From an uncultured Gemmatimonadota bacterium (GTDB lineage: Bacteria > JAAXHH01): a stretch of DNA of 64,000 nucleotides. The position numbers and the translations under genes were made by a program. Under the pieces are notes generated by a model. It searched no databases. It was not told the origin of the DNA and was given only the letters and a program-made list of their open reading frames with translations. Shown here piece after piece: positions 49,579 to 60,271 of the stretch (position 1 is the stretch's first letter; each line of letters opens with the position of its first letter). The stretch lies in assembly GCA_951812955.1 (NCBI GenBank), contig OX638340.1, positions 2,592,001 through 2,656,000 of the forward strand, in the 5' to 3' direction.

Positions 49579-49938
49579 TCACGATCCCTCTCGGCGCAGG
49601 GTTTCGTAATCCCTGGCCCTGTCGCCTATCTCTAACTCGGCCAGCGTGTCGTCGATTCCCGCCTGGTAGGCCTCTCCTACCTGCGAATTGAGCGACTTGA
49701 CCTCCGCTTCCAACTCATCGACTCTGTTTTGTAGTTTCTTTGACGGATCAGGTGTGTACTCTTCCCCAAACAGACGGCTGATAACCTCTTCGAAAGGACT
49801 GGTTGCCGGTTGAGTGACTGCAGGCGGAACATATCCTAAAGCAGCTCGTAATGCGCCCCCGCCTTGGATACCACCGCTGATTCGCTTTAATTTTCTTCTT
49901 GAATCATCAGCTGGTTGATTTTGTTTATTCAAAGGCAT
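49579..49938 (-). CDS. Hypothetical protein, coiled-coil (island-borne)
   Basis: 119-aa ORF with a predicted coiled-coil in the C-terminal half ('VDELEAEVKSLNSQVGEAYQ'). Confidence 0.35.
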   Translation of the reverse strand: MPLNKQNQPADDSRRKLKRISGGIQGGGALRAALGYVPPAVTQPATSPFEEVISRLFGEEYTPDPSKKLQNRVDELEAEVKSLNSQVGEAYQAGIDDTLAELEIGDRARDYETLRREGS

Positions 49939-50120
49939 GGCCTTTCTCCTTTCTAGGTGATGCCATTAACAGTTCGGCCGTTGCCACCGCCGGATGAAAT
50001 ACAAAGAGACCCATACAGATCTCCCACTCTGAGGTCTTGCTGAAAGCCTTCTTTCAAGTTAGCCCGGTCGACTTATGCGGTCATCCGGGTTTCCTGTATT
50101 GCCTGTCCTACCGATCAGTT

Positions 50121-50357
50121 CTAGGCGAAGATGATTTCTCTCACTACTCTCTCCGCGATAGCGTACGACAGACGCGATTCAACGTAGATAAAGAACCAAC
50201 CCTCATTGAAAACGATACGATCTACTTTCCGTTCCTCCCCTTCTTCAGCATGGATATCTCCCACGCTGACACTACGCCGGGCGGTAAGGAGTCCTATTCG
50301 AGATTGATCTGCCGACGGGTCTAATTCCAACTTCAAAGACGCGATGTTTCCTAGCAT
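50121..50357 (-). CDS. Hypothetical small protein (uncertain strand; overlaps the + ORF at 50037..50324)
   Basis: 78-aa ORF in an AT-rich region. It competes with an overlapping ORF on the plus strand and neither has motifs. Confidence 0.2.
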   Translation of the reverse strand: MLGNIASLKLELDPSADQSRIGLLTARRSVSVGDIHAEEGEERKVDRIVFNEGWFFIYVESRLSYAIAERVVREIIFA

Positions 50358-50386
50358 ACCATCCTCCGAAAAGCATGAGTTGACCG

Positions 50387-50408
50387 GCCCCGCCGCGCGG
50401 CGGGGCCG
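50387..50408. promoter_or_regulatory. Perfect 22-bp GC palindrome (strong hairpin) inside AT-rich island non-coding stretch
   Basis: 'ggccccgccgcgcggcggggcc' is identical to its own reverse complement. Confidence 0.5.
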
Positions 50409-51069
50409 TGATATACGGACCGTCTATCTGACTCGGATCCGTCGTGTACGAATCGTGGTCCTTACCGTGCAGGTACGGGTGACCTTTACACGGACCGGGA
50501 CGCGTCTCGTACGTACAGGACTCCTTCGAATCCTGGGCATAGTACGACCCTCCATTTTAAACAGGGCCACTTTTTTGTTGATTTCCACACGAGGGAGGGT
50601 TATAATACGGAGCGACCCTCAGAAAGCGCGCCCTGTTGGTCAATCACCTGTGGCCCGGAGTTCCCTATACTTCGGGCCACTTCTTTATAACGGTGTAATA
50701 TACCTTACGCGGCTTCGTTCGTCAACCTGTTTTGCGCATCATATTCTATCGTTTTCTTCCTGCTCCGCCGATCACCGCAACATGTTGTGTGCTACACATT
50801 TATTGACCTAATAACGGGTGTTTAGTACGTCGATAACATGCTCTTGCCGGAATCGGCTTTCTGGAGAACCTGGAGCTTGAACTCACGGAAGAACTGACGG
50901 CGTTTCAGGGACATGGGGTGTCTCCTCGTTCAGAAGGAAGCTTAACTCTGTGTCCCGTTCAACGGTGCAGTACATCATTCCTACCTAACCCCGCTTTGTT
51001 GTGACGTATACTACCGTGTACAAGCTCCGCAAAATTTGTTATGTACGTCGTGTGTAGGAGATTTCAACT

Positions 51070-51483
51070 ATGGAACAAATCGTTCCCCTATTTCTGAAAT
51101 ACGAATGGTGGCAAATAGTTGCGATTTTCCTCGCCTTGAGTGCGCCGGTCGCTGTTTACTGTATTTTTAAAAACTTCAACCTAACAGAATGGCGCAAAGC
51201 TCGAGACGAAAGGCACAGGGAACGAATGCAGTCCTGCTGTCCCCACGCTGAACGTGTATTGCAAGAAAACGGTGTAGTTTATTTCAAACCACTTATAAAC
51301 TCGTCCGTAAAAACTCGCGAAGGAGTCTGTTCCGAATGTGGAAAATCCTTTCTCCACGGCAGAACTGCCGTACTTGACACTGCAGTCCATTACGAAATGC
51401 ATATCGAAACATATCAAGAACGCGCAAAGGAATACAACACACTCGCCAAAAAATACGGTAAACGACTCCTGAACGTTAAGTAA
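51070..51483 (+). CDS. Hypothetical membrane-anchored protein with Cys4 zinc-ribbon-like motif
   Basis: N-terminal transmembrane helix. Cys pairs 'CCPH' and 'CSEC' are spaced as a possible zinc ribbon. Lies immediately upstream of hsdM. Confidence 0.45.
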   Translation: MEQIVPLFLKYEWWQIVAIFLALSAPVAVYCIFKNFNLTEWRKARDERHRERMQSCCPHAERVLQENGVVYFKPLINSSVKTREGVCSECGKSFLHGRTAVLDTAVHYEMHIETYQERAKEYNTLAKKYGKRLLNVK

Positions 51484-51740
51484 ACCTGGCCTCTGTTTTG
51501 TCCCACATTCGACAATGTCTACCCTTTTCACTTTACATTCCAAAAAAGCGCCTGACCGATAACAGTAAAGTGTGTATACTTTCCGCAGACATTCCAATCG
51601 ACTTACTTACATTAACCTTATAGATTTATATATAGTTATGTGACGTAATTCGGAACAGTTAAGCAGGTATATACAAACTTGCTTTTTAAACTGCCCGAAG
51701 ATTCTACAAGTCGTTAGACGGAATTCAAAGTAAAGGTATC

Positions 51741-54422
51741 ATGAGTCAAGACAAAATCACATTGGCCCAACTAGAGTCCTTCCTATTTAAAGCAGCCGAC
51801 ATCCTGCGCGGGAAGATGGATGCATCCGAATTTAAGGAGTTCATTTTCGGCATGCTGTTCCTGAAACGGCTCTCCGATGAGTTTGATCAAACGCGCGAAC
51901 AGTTACGCGAAAGGGTCTACGCCCACCTAGAACCCGATACAAAGGCAGGAGTGCTTGAGGATAAAACGTCCTATGGAGAGACATTTTACGTACCCGTTCG
52001 TGCACGTTGGCATGAGGAGTGGAAGGATGAGAATGGCGACTTAGTTCCAGCACTCAAGGATCTTAAGAGCGACATTGGCAATATGTTGAATAAAGCTATT
52101 GCTGCGGTCGAGGATGAGAACGACTCACTAGCAGGGGTGCTGAAGAACAACATTGACTTTAATGCTGTTAAGGGTAAGACGAAGATATCTGATCAAAGGT
52201 GGAAGGACTTACTCGATCATTTCAACCAACCTCAGTTTGTCCTGGTTAACGACAATTTTGAGTTCCCCGATCTACTCGGTGCAGCTTATGAATACCTGAT
52301 CAAGTATTTCGCGGACAGCGCAGGTAAAAAGGGAGGCGAGTTTTACACCCCCGCGGAGGTAGTGCGTCTGTTGGTTCAGCTAACCAAACCAACTGCCGGG
52401 AATGAAATCTATGACCCAGCTGTTGGTTCTGGTGGCTTTCTGATTCAGGCACACCAGTATGTCGAAGAGCAGGGTGAGGATCCCAACAATCTGGCCCTAT
52501 ATGGTCAGGATTCCAACGGCACCACCTGGTCGATCTGTAACATGAACATGATTCTTCACAACATCACGCGTTTCACGATTGAGAACGACGACACTTTGGA
52601 AAATCCTCTGATATTGCAGAATGGTCAGGTTCGAAAGTTCGACCGCGTGCTGGCCAATCCCCCATTTTCGCAGAACTACACCCGCGCCAACGTGAAATTT
52701 ACCAATCGTTTCCGAGAGTGGTGCCCAGAGACAGGCAAGAAAGCTGATCTAATGTTCGTCCAGCACATGTTGGCAAGTCTCAAAGGCGACGGCCACATGG
52801 CTACCATTATGCCTCACGGTGTCCTCTTTCGCGGAGGCAAGGAGAAGCTGATTCGGGAACTGTTGATAGACGACGATGTTATCGAGGCAATCATCAGTTT
52901 GCCTCCAGGGTTATTTTACGGGACTGGCATACCGGCTTGCGTGCTCGTTTGCGATAAGAACAAGCCCGACGAGTTGCGCGACAAAGTCTTATTCATCAAC
53001 GCAGACCGCGAGTATGCCGAAGGAAAGAATCAAAACAAGCTGCGGCCGGAGGATGTGGAGAAAATCGACTTTGTGTTCTCCAACAAACTCGAGATCCCCC
53101 AATATAGCCGGCTCGTACATAAATCAGAGATCGCCGACAAGCACGACTACAATCTGAACATTCGACGCTATGTAGATAATACCCCTAAGCCAGAGCCGGA
53201 GGACGTGCAAGCCCATCTAATCGGCGGCATCCCTGAATCTGAAGTTGCAGCGAAAGAAGATAGTTTCTCTAAGTTTGGCTTTCAGGCCAAAACGCTATTC
53301 TGCCCTGATCGACCAGGCTACCTCGCATTCAGAGAGTCGATTACAGGCAGATCGGTCATCAAAGAGATCATTGAAGGGGATCCATCGATCGTGCAGACGT
53401 TGAAAATACATCGCAATGCACTCAAGCAATGGTGGAACGTAGCCCGTGATGAATTCGCCGAGCTTGAGCATGGCAATCACAGCGGTCGAAAGATGCCCAA
53501 AGTGCGTCATGAGCTTATGAAGACACTCAAGGGTAAGCTCGTTCCGCTATGTGTACTCGACGAGTTCAAGAGTGCGGGCGTTTTCGTCAACTGGTGGCAG
53601 CAAATTCGCTATGACCTGAAGACCATTGTTTCAACAGGATGGCATCATACACTCATCCCAAAAGAATATCTGACCGCCGCGTTTTTCCAGAGTGATGCAG
53701 ATGCTATTGAGGAACTGGAGACCCGTATAGGTGAACTACAGGCAGAATTTGCTGAAGCCGTGGAAACTGCTCAAGAGGTCGCCGCGTATGAGCCGGAAGA
53801 AGATAAAACGGTAACGGCATCGGCCATTAAGACAGCTCTAACGGACCTCATTAATGACCTAAAGGATAGCACTGGCGAGTCGGCCAAGCGAGAGCTTAAC
53901 ATACTCAAGGCACAGGATGTTGCTATAAAGGACATAGAAAAGAAGATCAGGAGCAGCAAAATTTCATTAAAGAATAAGACCATGGAATTGGAAGACAAAC
54001 TCCAACTCAAGCGACTCGGAGGAGATGGATTCAAGAGCGAAAATCAGAGACTCATAGAGGAAGACGAAAGCCAGATTGCATTACTGAATCCAAGCAACAA
54101 AACTGAAAATACAAAGATCAATGCGTTAAATAAAGATATCGCTGTACTTGAGGAACGTATCGCCAAGACCCACGCGGTACTGGAGGCACTCGGTGGTTCA
54201 CTAACCGATGACGAAGCCAAGCATCTCATCCTCAAGAAGCTCTACGACATCGTGAGCACTGAATTCGAACGCTACCTCAATGCAGAGATACGTCACCTAA
54301 TTTCAGGTGTCGAAAAACTGTGGAGTAAATACGCCAGCAGCAGCCAGAAGATAGAAAGCGACCGAGAAATCACGCTCGGCCAGCTCAATGCATTTCTAAG
54401 TAGATTGGGATATATGGGATGA
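51741..54422 (+). CDS. hsdM: Type I restriction-modification system methyltransferase subunit (N6-adenine), with long coiled-coil C-terminal extension
   Basis: HsdM N-terminal domain ('[10 protein letters not shown]'-like '[17 protein letters not shown]'). AdoMet motif I '[12 protein letters not shown]'. Catalytic motif IV 'NPPFS'. At 893 aa it is longer than the ~500-800 aa typical of HsdM. Confidence 0.9.
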   Translation: MSQDKITLAQLESFLFKAADILRGKMDASEFKEFIFGMLFLKRLSDEFDQTREQLRERVYAHLEPDTKAGVLEDKTSYGETFYVPVRARWHEEWKDENGDLVPALKDLKSDIGNMLNKAIAAVEDENDSLAGVLKNNIDFNAVKGKTKISDQRWKDLLDHFNQPQFVLVNDNFEFPDLLGAAYEYLIKYFADSAGKKGGEFYTPAEVVRLLVQLTKPTAGNEIYDPAVGSGGFLIQAHQYVEEQGEDPNNLALYGQDSNGTTWSICNMNMILHNITRFTIENDDTLENPLILQNGQVRKFDRVLANPPFSQNYTRANVKFTNRFREWCPETGKKADLMFVQHMLASLKGDGHMATIMPHGVLFRGGKEKLIRELLIDDDVIEAIISLPPGLFYGTGIPACVLVCDKNKPDELRDKVLFINADREYAEGKNQNKLRPEDVEKIDFVFSNKLEIPQYSRLVHKSEIADKHDYNLNIRRYVDNTPKPEPEDVQAHLIGGIPESEVAAKEDSFSKFGFQAKTLFCPDRPGYLAFRESITGRSVIKEIIEGDPSIVQTLKIHRNALKQWWNVARDEFAELEHGNHSGRKMPKVRHELMKTLKGKLVPLCVLDEFKSAGVFVNWWQQIRYDLKTIVSTGWHHTLIPKEYLTAAFFQSDADAIEELETRIGELQAEFAEAVETAQEVAAYEPEEDKTVTASAIKTALTDLINDLKDSTGESAKRELNILKAQDVAIKDIEKKIRSSKISLKNKTMELEDKLQLKRLGGDGFKSENQRLIEEDESQIALLNPSNKTENTKINALNKDIAVLEERIAKTHAVLEALGGSLTDDEAKHLILKKLYDIVSTEFERYLNAEIRHLISGVEKLWSKYASSSQKIESDREITLGQLNAFLSRLGYMG

Positions 54423-55618
54423 GTAAGAAATTTGAAACGCTATCGAAAATCGGTCTTCTTCGAATGGGAGAAACGATTATCGCAAAGGACTGTTCTGGAG
54501 ATGGTTTGCCAATCTATTCCGCAAATAAAGGGAACAAGCCATGGGCGCATTCCGACCACTTTAGATGCAAAAATGAAAGAGGCTGTATTGTCATAGGGGC
54601 AAGAGGAACTATTGGCTATCCACGTCTTCCGAAAGATGAACTGTTTGGCGCAACTCAAACCACAATCGTATTTTCTCCTGACAAAGATCATTTTATCCCG
54701 GAATTCCTGCACTACAGCCTGCAACAAGTTGATTTTGAGAGTCTCGGAGCACAGCAGGCAATTCCTATGCTCACTGTTTCCAATTTAGAGAACCTAACGA
54801 TTCGTTCGTTCAAAAAACCTGAACAATCTAAGATCGCCAAGATTCTTACAACGGTCGATCAGGCGATTGAACAGACCGAAGCGTTGATAGCAAAACAGCA
54901 ACGCACCAAGACCGGTCTGATGCAAGACCTGCTCACACGCGGTATCGACGAAGATGGAAACCTTCGCTCCGAAGACACCCATGAATTTAAAGATTCACCG
55001 TTTGGGCGTATTCCGGTGGAGTGGGTAGTGAAAGAACTAAGTGATTTTTGCGACGTAACATCCAGTAAACGCATATACTTACATGATTACAATACAGAAG
55101 GTATTCCGTTCTATCGTTCAAAAGAAATCATCGAACTGGTAAGGGAAGGAAAAACTCTTGGTGGATTATATATCACGAAAAGTAAGTATCTTGCAATAAA
55201 GCGCATCTTTGGAACTCCTAATAAGGGCGACGTACTCATTAGCTCAGTAGGAACTCTTGGAATTTGCTATTTGGTCAGGGACAACGATCGATTCTATTTT
55301 AAAGATGGAAATCTCATCTGGCTCCGTCGATTTCAAAAACATATGAATCGGATATTTTTAATAGAATTACTACCAAGGATGATCAATACCCAATTTGATG
55401 ATCTTGTGATTGGGACAAGTCAAAAGGCATTCACGATTGAGAAGCTTAAGCGTCTCAAGCTTTATTTCCCATCGACCGAGGAGCAGAATAGACTAGCGGT
55501 TTCTGTTCAACAGTTCCAAGCTAAAATCGATTGCGAGATACAAAGTCTGCAAAAACTCCGATTCCTCAAGACCGCTTTAATGCATGACCTCCTCACTGGC
55601 AAGGTTTCTGTCAGGTAG
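54419..55618 (+). CDS. hsdS: Type I restriction-modification specificity subunit
   Basis: Two target-recognition domains separated by conserved central and C-terminal helical repeats. The central conserved motif reads '[28 protein letters not shown]' and the C-terminal one '[20 protein letters not shown]'. Its ATG overlaps the hsdM stop in an ATGA arrangement. Confidence 0.85.
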   Translation: MSKKFETLSKIGLLRMGETIIAKDCSGDGLPIYSANKGNKPWAHSDHFRCKNERGCIVIGARGTIGYPRLPKDELFGATQTTIVFSPDKDHFIPEFLHYSLQQVDFESLGAQQAIPMLTVSNLENLTIRSFKKPEQSKIAKILTTVDQAIEQTEALIAKQQRTKTGLMQDLLTRGIDEDGNLRSEDTHEFKDSPFGRIPVEWVVKELSDFCDVTSSKRIYLHDYNTEGIPFYRSKEIIELVREGKTLGGLYITKSKYLAIKRIFGTPNKGDVLISSVGTLGICYLVRDNDRFYFKDGNLIWLRRFQKHMNRIFLIELLPRMINTQFDDLVIGTSQKAFTIEKLKRLKLYFPSTEEQNRLAVSVQQFQAKIDCEIQSLQKLRFLKTALMHDLLTGKVSVR

Positions 55619-55644
55619 TTAATCACAGAAGCGGAGAGCAGTAT

Positions 55645-58600
55645 ATGAGTAAAAACGAGTCTCCAGCGCACATTAAACTCGACGAAAGGAATCACGTTGA
55701 GAAGCCAATTCTTGATCAGCTTGAGGGTATGGGCTGGGAGATTATCGACCTCGACAGTCAGCAACTCCCTGTAGATACTCACCGCGAGACTTTATTGGAA
55801 GTTGTCATGTTCCCAGTGTTGCGTGAGCAACTCAAGGTCATCAATCCCTGGATAGAGAACGATCAGGTTGAAGAGGTCGTCAAGCAACTTTCTGCGAGTT
55901 TCCCAGGCACGGGGCTGACTGAGAGTAACAAGCATGTGCTTCATCTGCTGCTCGGAAACACAATCGTCAGTGAAAATCGGCAATCCGGTGAGAATAGCCC
56001 GACTGTGCGCTATATCGACTTCAAGAACCTGGACAACAACCGATTCATTGCAGTTTGCCAATTCAAAGTCCGCATCTTGGGCACGGAGAAACACATCATC
56101 CCGGATATCGTGTTATTCGTAAATGGTCTACCGGTGGTTGTAGTCGAGTGCAAGTCCCCTAAAGTAAAGGATGCCATCCCAGAGGCCATCGACCAGATAC
56201 TACGCTACAGCGAGCAGCGGGGTGACAAAGGCGAGGGAAGTGCTCCACTCTTTTATTACAACCAGTTTGTAGTCGCCACATGTCGCCAGGAGGCCAAGTT
56301 TGGGACGATAACCACGCATATTGAAAAACATTTTTTTCGTTGGGCTGATCCTTATCCAAAAACGCTCAATGATCTCGAGCATGGCTCTGGTACTCCAAAC
56401 GATCAGCAGCGCCTGGTCGCTGGGATGATGGCTAAAGATAACCTGCTCGATCTCATTCGCACCTTCACTCTGTTTTCAACCAACGATAAAGGTCAGACCA
56501 TTAAGATCGTCGGACGATATCAGCAGTACCGCGCGGTCAAAATCGCTGTTAAGCGTCTCATGGAAGGCGCGACCCCACGGGAACGCAGCGGCATCATCTG
56601 GCACACTCAGGGATCCGGTAAATCGCTGACCATGATGTTTATGGTGCGTGAGATGTACCAACAACCGAAACTGGCAAGCTGGAAAGTGGTATTCGTCACT
56701 GATCGGACACAACTCGAAAATCAGTTGAGCGAGACCAGCCAAAGCATTGGGTTCACAGTGAAGACGGCGAACAAGATCAGCGAGTTGAAGGAACTCCTGA
56801 GCACTGATACGTCGGATTTGGTCATGGGTATGATCCACAAATTTCAAGAAGACGATCTTGAAGAGACCTTCCCACAGCTAAACGACAGCCCCAATATACT
56901 GGTCATGACTGATGAAGCTCACCGTTCTCAATACAAGCTACTTGGTGCGAATCTTGACAGAGCTATACCCAATGCTGCAAAAATCGGCTATACAGGCACT
57001 CCGATTGATAAGACAGAGCAAGTCTTTGGCGACTACATCGACAAATATACCATGCGGCAGTCCATAGACGATGGTGTGACTTTGGAGATAGTCTATGAAG
57101 GTCGCACTCACAACGCGGAAGTCTCTGACCAGGAAGGTATGGATGAGGCGTTCACTGATGTGTTCAGCGATTACAACATTGAGGAAAGACTTGCAATCCT
57201 TGGCTACGGTACCCGAAGAGCCTATCTGGAAGCAGAAACAACGATTGAAGCCAAAGCCAAGGATATGATTAATCACTACCTGAAGCATGTATATCCGAAT
57301 GGCTACAAGGCACAGATTGTAGCCACTTCTCGGGAGGCTGCTGTCCGCTACAAGAAGCACGTAGACAATACCCTTGAAGCTTCAATTGCTGATCTGGAAA
57401 AATCAAATCCAAATGGTCTTGATTTGGATCTGTTAAAGTCTATTGAGACAGATGTAGTGATTTCTGGGGAAGGAAACGATTTAAGTCATCTAAAAACATA
57501 CTCAAACCCGACCAAGCACGAGAGTAGCATCAAAAGTTTCAAGATGGATTTCGGTGGTGAAGTTGACGGTCTTCATGGAAACATGGGAATACTTATTGTC
57601 AATAACATGCTTATCACGGGATTCGACGCCCCTGTAGAACAGGTTATGTATTTGGACAAAGTCATTTTTGGCCACAACTTGTTGCAGGCCATCGCAAGGG
57701 TAAATCGTGTTGCAGGTGAGGCCAAGGGTAAAGGCTTTGTAATCGATTATGTTGGGATTGGTCATAACCTAAAGAGGGCAATTGATCTTTATGATAAGAA
57801 AGAAAAGAACGAAATCATCGATACACTTGTTTTTCCTGAAGAAGCATTGCGTGAATTGGAGGATAGCCATGCCGAGATCTTAGCTTTTCGGGAAGCGAAC
57901 GGCTTAGAGGAATTGGCAGACTTGGATGCATATTACGATGTGTTTTATGATGAGGCACTACGTTTTGAATACATGCAGTCTTTCAAGAAGTTCACTAGGA
58001 ATCTGAATTCAGTGTTCCCAGCTAGGCAGGCTTTGGAATACATGGACGAATATAATGTATACGCTGAAATCAACACACTTGCTGGAAAGCATTTTAGAGA
58101 TGAACGATTAAGTATGAAGGGAATCCCACCGAAGCTCCTCGCAATCACAGACAAGTACTTGGTGTCAGAAGGTATACATCAGCAGGTCAAACCAGTCTCA
58201 ATTTTGGACGATTCATTCCAAGAATCTGTTAACAGCCATACACGTACAAAGACAAAAGCAGCTGAAATCGAGCATGCTATTCGACACCACCTAGATGTAG
58301 AATTGAATGACGATCCAGATTTGCAGGCATCCTTTGCAGAAGCGCTTGCTAAAATACTGCAAGAGTTCAAGGACAATTGGAGCAAGGTTTACGAGGAATT
58401 GGAGAAGTTACGACAGCGTATCATCAACGTTAGTAAAGAGCCCACATATGGGCTTAGTCGAAAAAAACAGATGCCATTCTTTCGATGTTACAAAAGGGAG
58501 ATGTTTGGCGAAAATGAGCTTAATGAAGATGAGATTTCACTTCTTGTCGACTTAACTAAGCAGGTATTTTCTGTGATAGAACTTGAGCTGAAGTTGATTG

Positions 58601-58773
58601 GTTTTTGGGAAAGCATTTCTGCACGCAACAAACTAAGGGCTGAAATTCAGAAAAAACTGCTTGGATCTACTTACGCGGCATTACCACACATAGTAGAGAA
58701 AAAAGACAGCATTATCAGCCGCACGATGGAGATCGCGGAGAAGAACAACGATATCATACTTTATGCGGAATAA
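55645..58773 (+). CDS. hsdR: Type I restriction enzyme endonuclease/helicase subunit
   Basis: HsdR N-terminal nuclease domain ('VVECK'). SF2 helicase motifs: Walker A 'HTQGSGKS' and DEAH-box 'MTDEAHRS'. 1042 aa. Confidence 0.9.
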   Translation: MSKNESPAHIKLDERNHVEKPILDQLEGMGWEIIDLDSQQLPVDTHRETLLEVVMFPVLREQLKVINPWIENDQVEEVVKQLSASFPGTGLTESNKHVLHLLLGNTIVSENRQSGENSPTVRYIDFKNLDNNRFIAVCQFKVRILGTEKHIIPDIVLFVNGLPVVVVECKSPKVKDAIPEAIDQILRYSEQRGDKGEGSAPLFYYNQFVVATCRQEAKFGTITTHIEKHFFRWADPYPKTLNDLEHGSGTPNDQQRLVAGMMAKDNLLDLIRTFTLFSTNDKGQTIKIVGRYQQYRAVKIAVKRLMEGATPRERSGIIWHTQGSGKSLTMMFMVREMYQQPKLASWKVVFVTDRTQLENQLSETSQSIGFTVKTANKISELKELLSTDTSDLVMGMIHKFQEDDLEETFPQLNDSPNILVMTDEAHRSQYKLLGANLDRAIPNAAKIGYTGTPIDKTEQVFGDYIDKYTMRQSIDDGVTLEIVYEGRTHNAEVSDQEGMDEAFTDVFSDYNIEERLAILGYGTRRAYLEAETTIEAKAKDMINHYLKHVYPNGYKAQIVATSREAAVRYKKHVDNTLEASIADLEKSNPNGLDLDLLKSIETDVVISGEGNDLSHLKTYSNPTKHESSIKSFKMDFGGEVDGLHGNMGILIVNNMLITGFDAPVEQVMYLDKVIFGHNLLQAIARVNRVAGEAKGKGFVIDYVGIGHNLKRAIDLYDKKEKNEIIDTLVFPEEALRELEDSHAEILAFREANGLEELADLDAYYDVFYDEALRFEYMQSFKKFTRNLNSVFPARQALEYMDEYNVYAEINTLAGKHFRDERLSMKGIPPKLLAITDKYLVSEGIHQQVKPVSILDDSFQESVNSHTRTKTKAAEIEHAIRHHLDVELNDDPDLQASFAEALAKILQEFKDNWSKVYEELEKLRQRIINVSKEPTYGLSRKKQMPFFRCYKREMFGENELNEDEISLLVDLTKQVFSVIELELKLIGFWESISARNKLRAEIQKKLLGSTYAALPHIVEKKDSIISRTMEIAEKNNDIILYAE

Positions 58774-58776
58774 CTG

Positions 58777-59460
58777 ATGAACGTGGACTATACAGTAAAG
58801 CGATCGCATAAGCGAAAGAAGCTGACAATTACAGTTGAGCGTGACCGGCAGGTTGTGATCTCCGCTCCCGAGTCAACTTCTGAGGAGGCAATTAGAAGAT
58901 ACATCGAATCGAAACGCCAGTGGATTTACGAGAAGTTGAATCACCTGCAGAAATACGAAACTCAACCTCATCCGCCTGGTAAGGAATTAGTAAATGGTGA
59001 ATCTACGCTTTATCTTGGCTCCGAGTATCAGATCCAGATTATCACTAGCAGTACGACTGAGATACGATTAGAGCAACGTTTTCTAGTTCCGAATTCTTTG
59101 GCGGGAGAAAGAAGGAAGGTATTTCAAAAATGGTATGTCGACCGGGCTAAAGAGAACATATTACCAAAAGTAAAATCGTTCGCCAGTATGCTCGGAGTGG
59201 AGTTTGCCAATGCGAAGATCATGGATAGTCGCTACCGTTGGGGCTCTTGTACAATCAAAGACAACATCAACTTAAACTGGCGTTTAATTAAAGCACCTAT
59301 GTTCGTAATCGACTATGTAGTAGTTCACGAACTCGCACATCTGATGGAGGCAAACCACACCTCTCGATTCTGGAATATCGTTAGGACGCACGCACCATTG
59401 ATGGAAAAGGCTCAAAGATGGCTTAAAGAAAATGGCCAGATACTCGAACAGGATATCTAG
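58777..59460 (+). CDS. DUF45/YgjP-like (WLM/M48-like) zinc metallopeptidase, often found with Type I RM loci
   Basis: HExxH motif 'VVHELAHLME'. Starts 3 nt after the hsdR stop. Confidence 0.75.
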   Translation: MNVDYTVKRSHKRKKLTITVERDRQVVISAPESTSEEAIRRYIESKRQWIYEKLNHLQKYETQPHPPGKELVNGESTLYLGSEYQIQIITSSTTEIRLEQRFLVPNSLAGERRKVFQKWYVDRAKENILPKVKSFASMLGVEFANAKIMDSRYRWGSCTIKDNINLNWRLIKAPMFVIDYVVVHELAHLMEANHTSRFWNIVRTHAPLMEKAQRWLKENGQILEQDI

Positions 59461-59525
59461 CGCGCAGTTCGAATAAACCAGTATCAGGTATTAACTGAAT
59501 CGTCGATTCATCCGCTTTTTTTAGA

Positions 59526-59921
59526 TTATCCGCATCCGCACACCAGCGCCTTACCCTCGGTGGCCTGCAGCCCCTCGGTTTCGTAGCCGTCCCGCATCCA
59601 CCAGTCCAGCCCGCCAATTAGTTCCTTTACGTTGAAACCCAACCTCGCCATGTTGAGCGCGCCCTTGGTCGACGCGTTGCAACCGATCCCATCGCAATAG
59701 GTTACGTACAGTGATTTTTTGTTCAGGTCGGCCGTGGAATCGGGATCCATGGTCCGGTGGGGAATGTTAACGGAGCCGGGGATATGCCGTTCGGTGTACG
59801 CTTCGGCGGACCGCGTGTCCACTACGACGATGTCATTGCCCAGGGTGATGGATTCCCACAGGTCGTAGGCATCGATCTCGTATTTCAGCTTACTCTCGTA
59901 GTGGGTAATCTGGTCTTTCAT
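59526..59921 (-). CDS. Rhodanese-like single-domain sulfurtransferase
   Basis: Active-site loop 'YCDGIGCNAS'. Start at 'MKDQ' (59921). The ORF as called runs to 59966. GC is intermediate (~55%). Confidence 0.7.
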   Translation of the reverse strand: MKDQITHYESKLKYEIDAYDLWESITLGNDIVVVDTRSAEAYTERHIPGSVNIPHRTMDPDSTADLNKKSLYVTYCDGIGCNASTKGALNMARLGFNVKELIGGLDWWMRDGYETEGLQATEGKALVCGCG

Positions 59922-60271
59922 TGTGCCTCTAACTGGTATGAGCCAAAGTGGGTGGTTCTGCGACACATCTATCTTAGGGAATACAAGAAGCTACCCAGCT
60001 CATTTCTAGTATAACAAATTAGCGTGCTGGATAGTGTATTCGTCTCAATTCTTCTTTAGGTTTATAACGCGGTTGGAATTTCTATACACGGCCATCAAGC
60101 CGAAAAATCCAGTTTATATTAGGAGTTGTGTCTGAAACTTCGGACCTATGGCGGGCATTACTCGCGAGGATTTGTAAATCTTTATATAAAACTAAACTCA
60201 AGTTACTCGCCCAATCTATCGATTAATGGTTTCATCTTAGCAGTTGATGTTTAATCTGAAATGAATGGATA

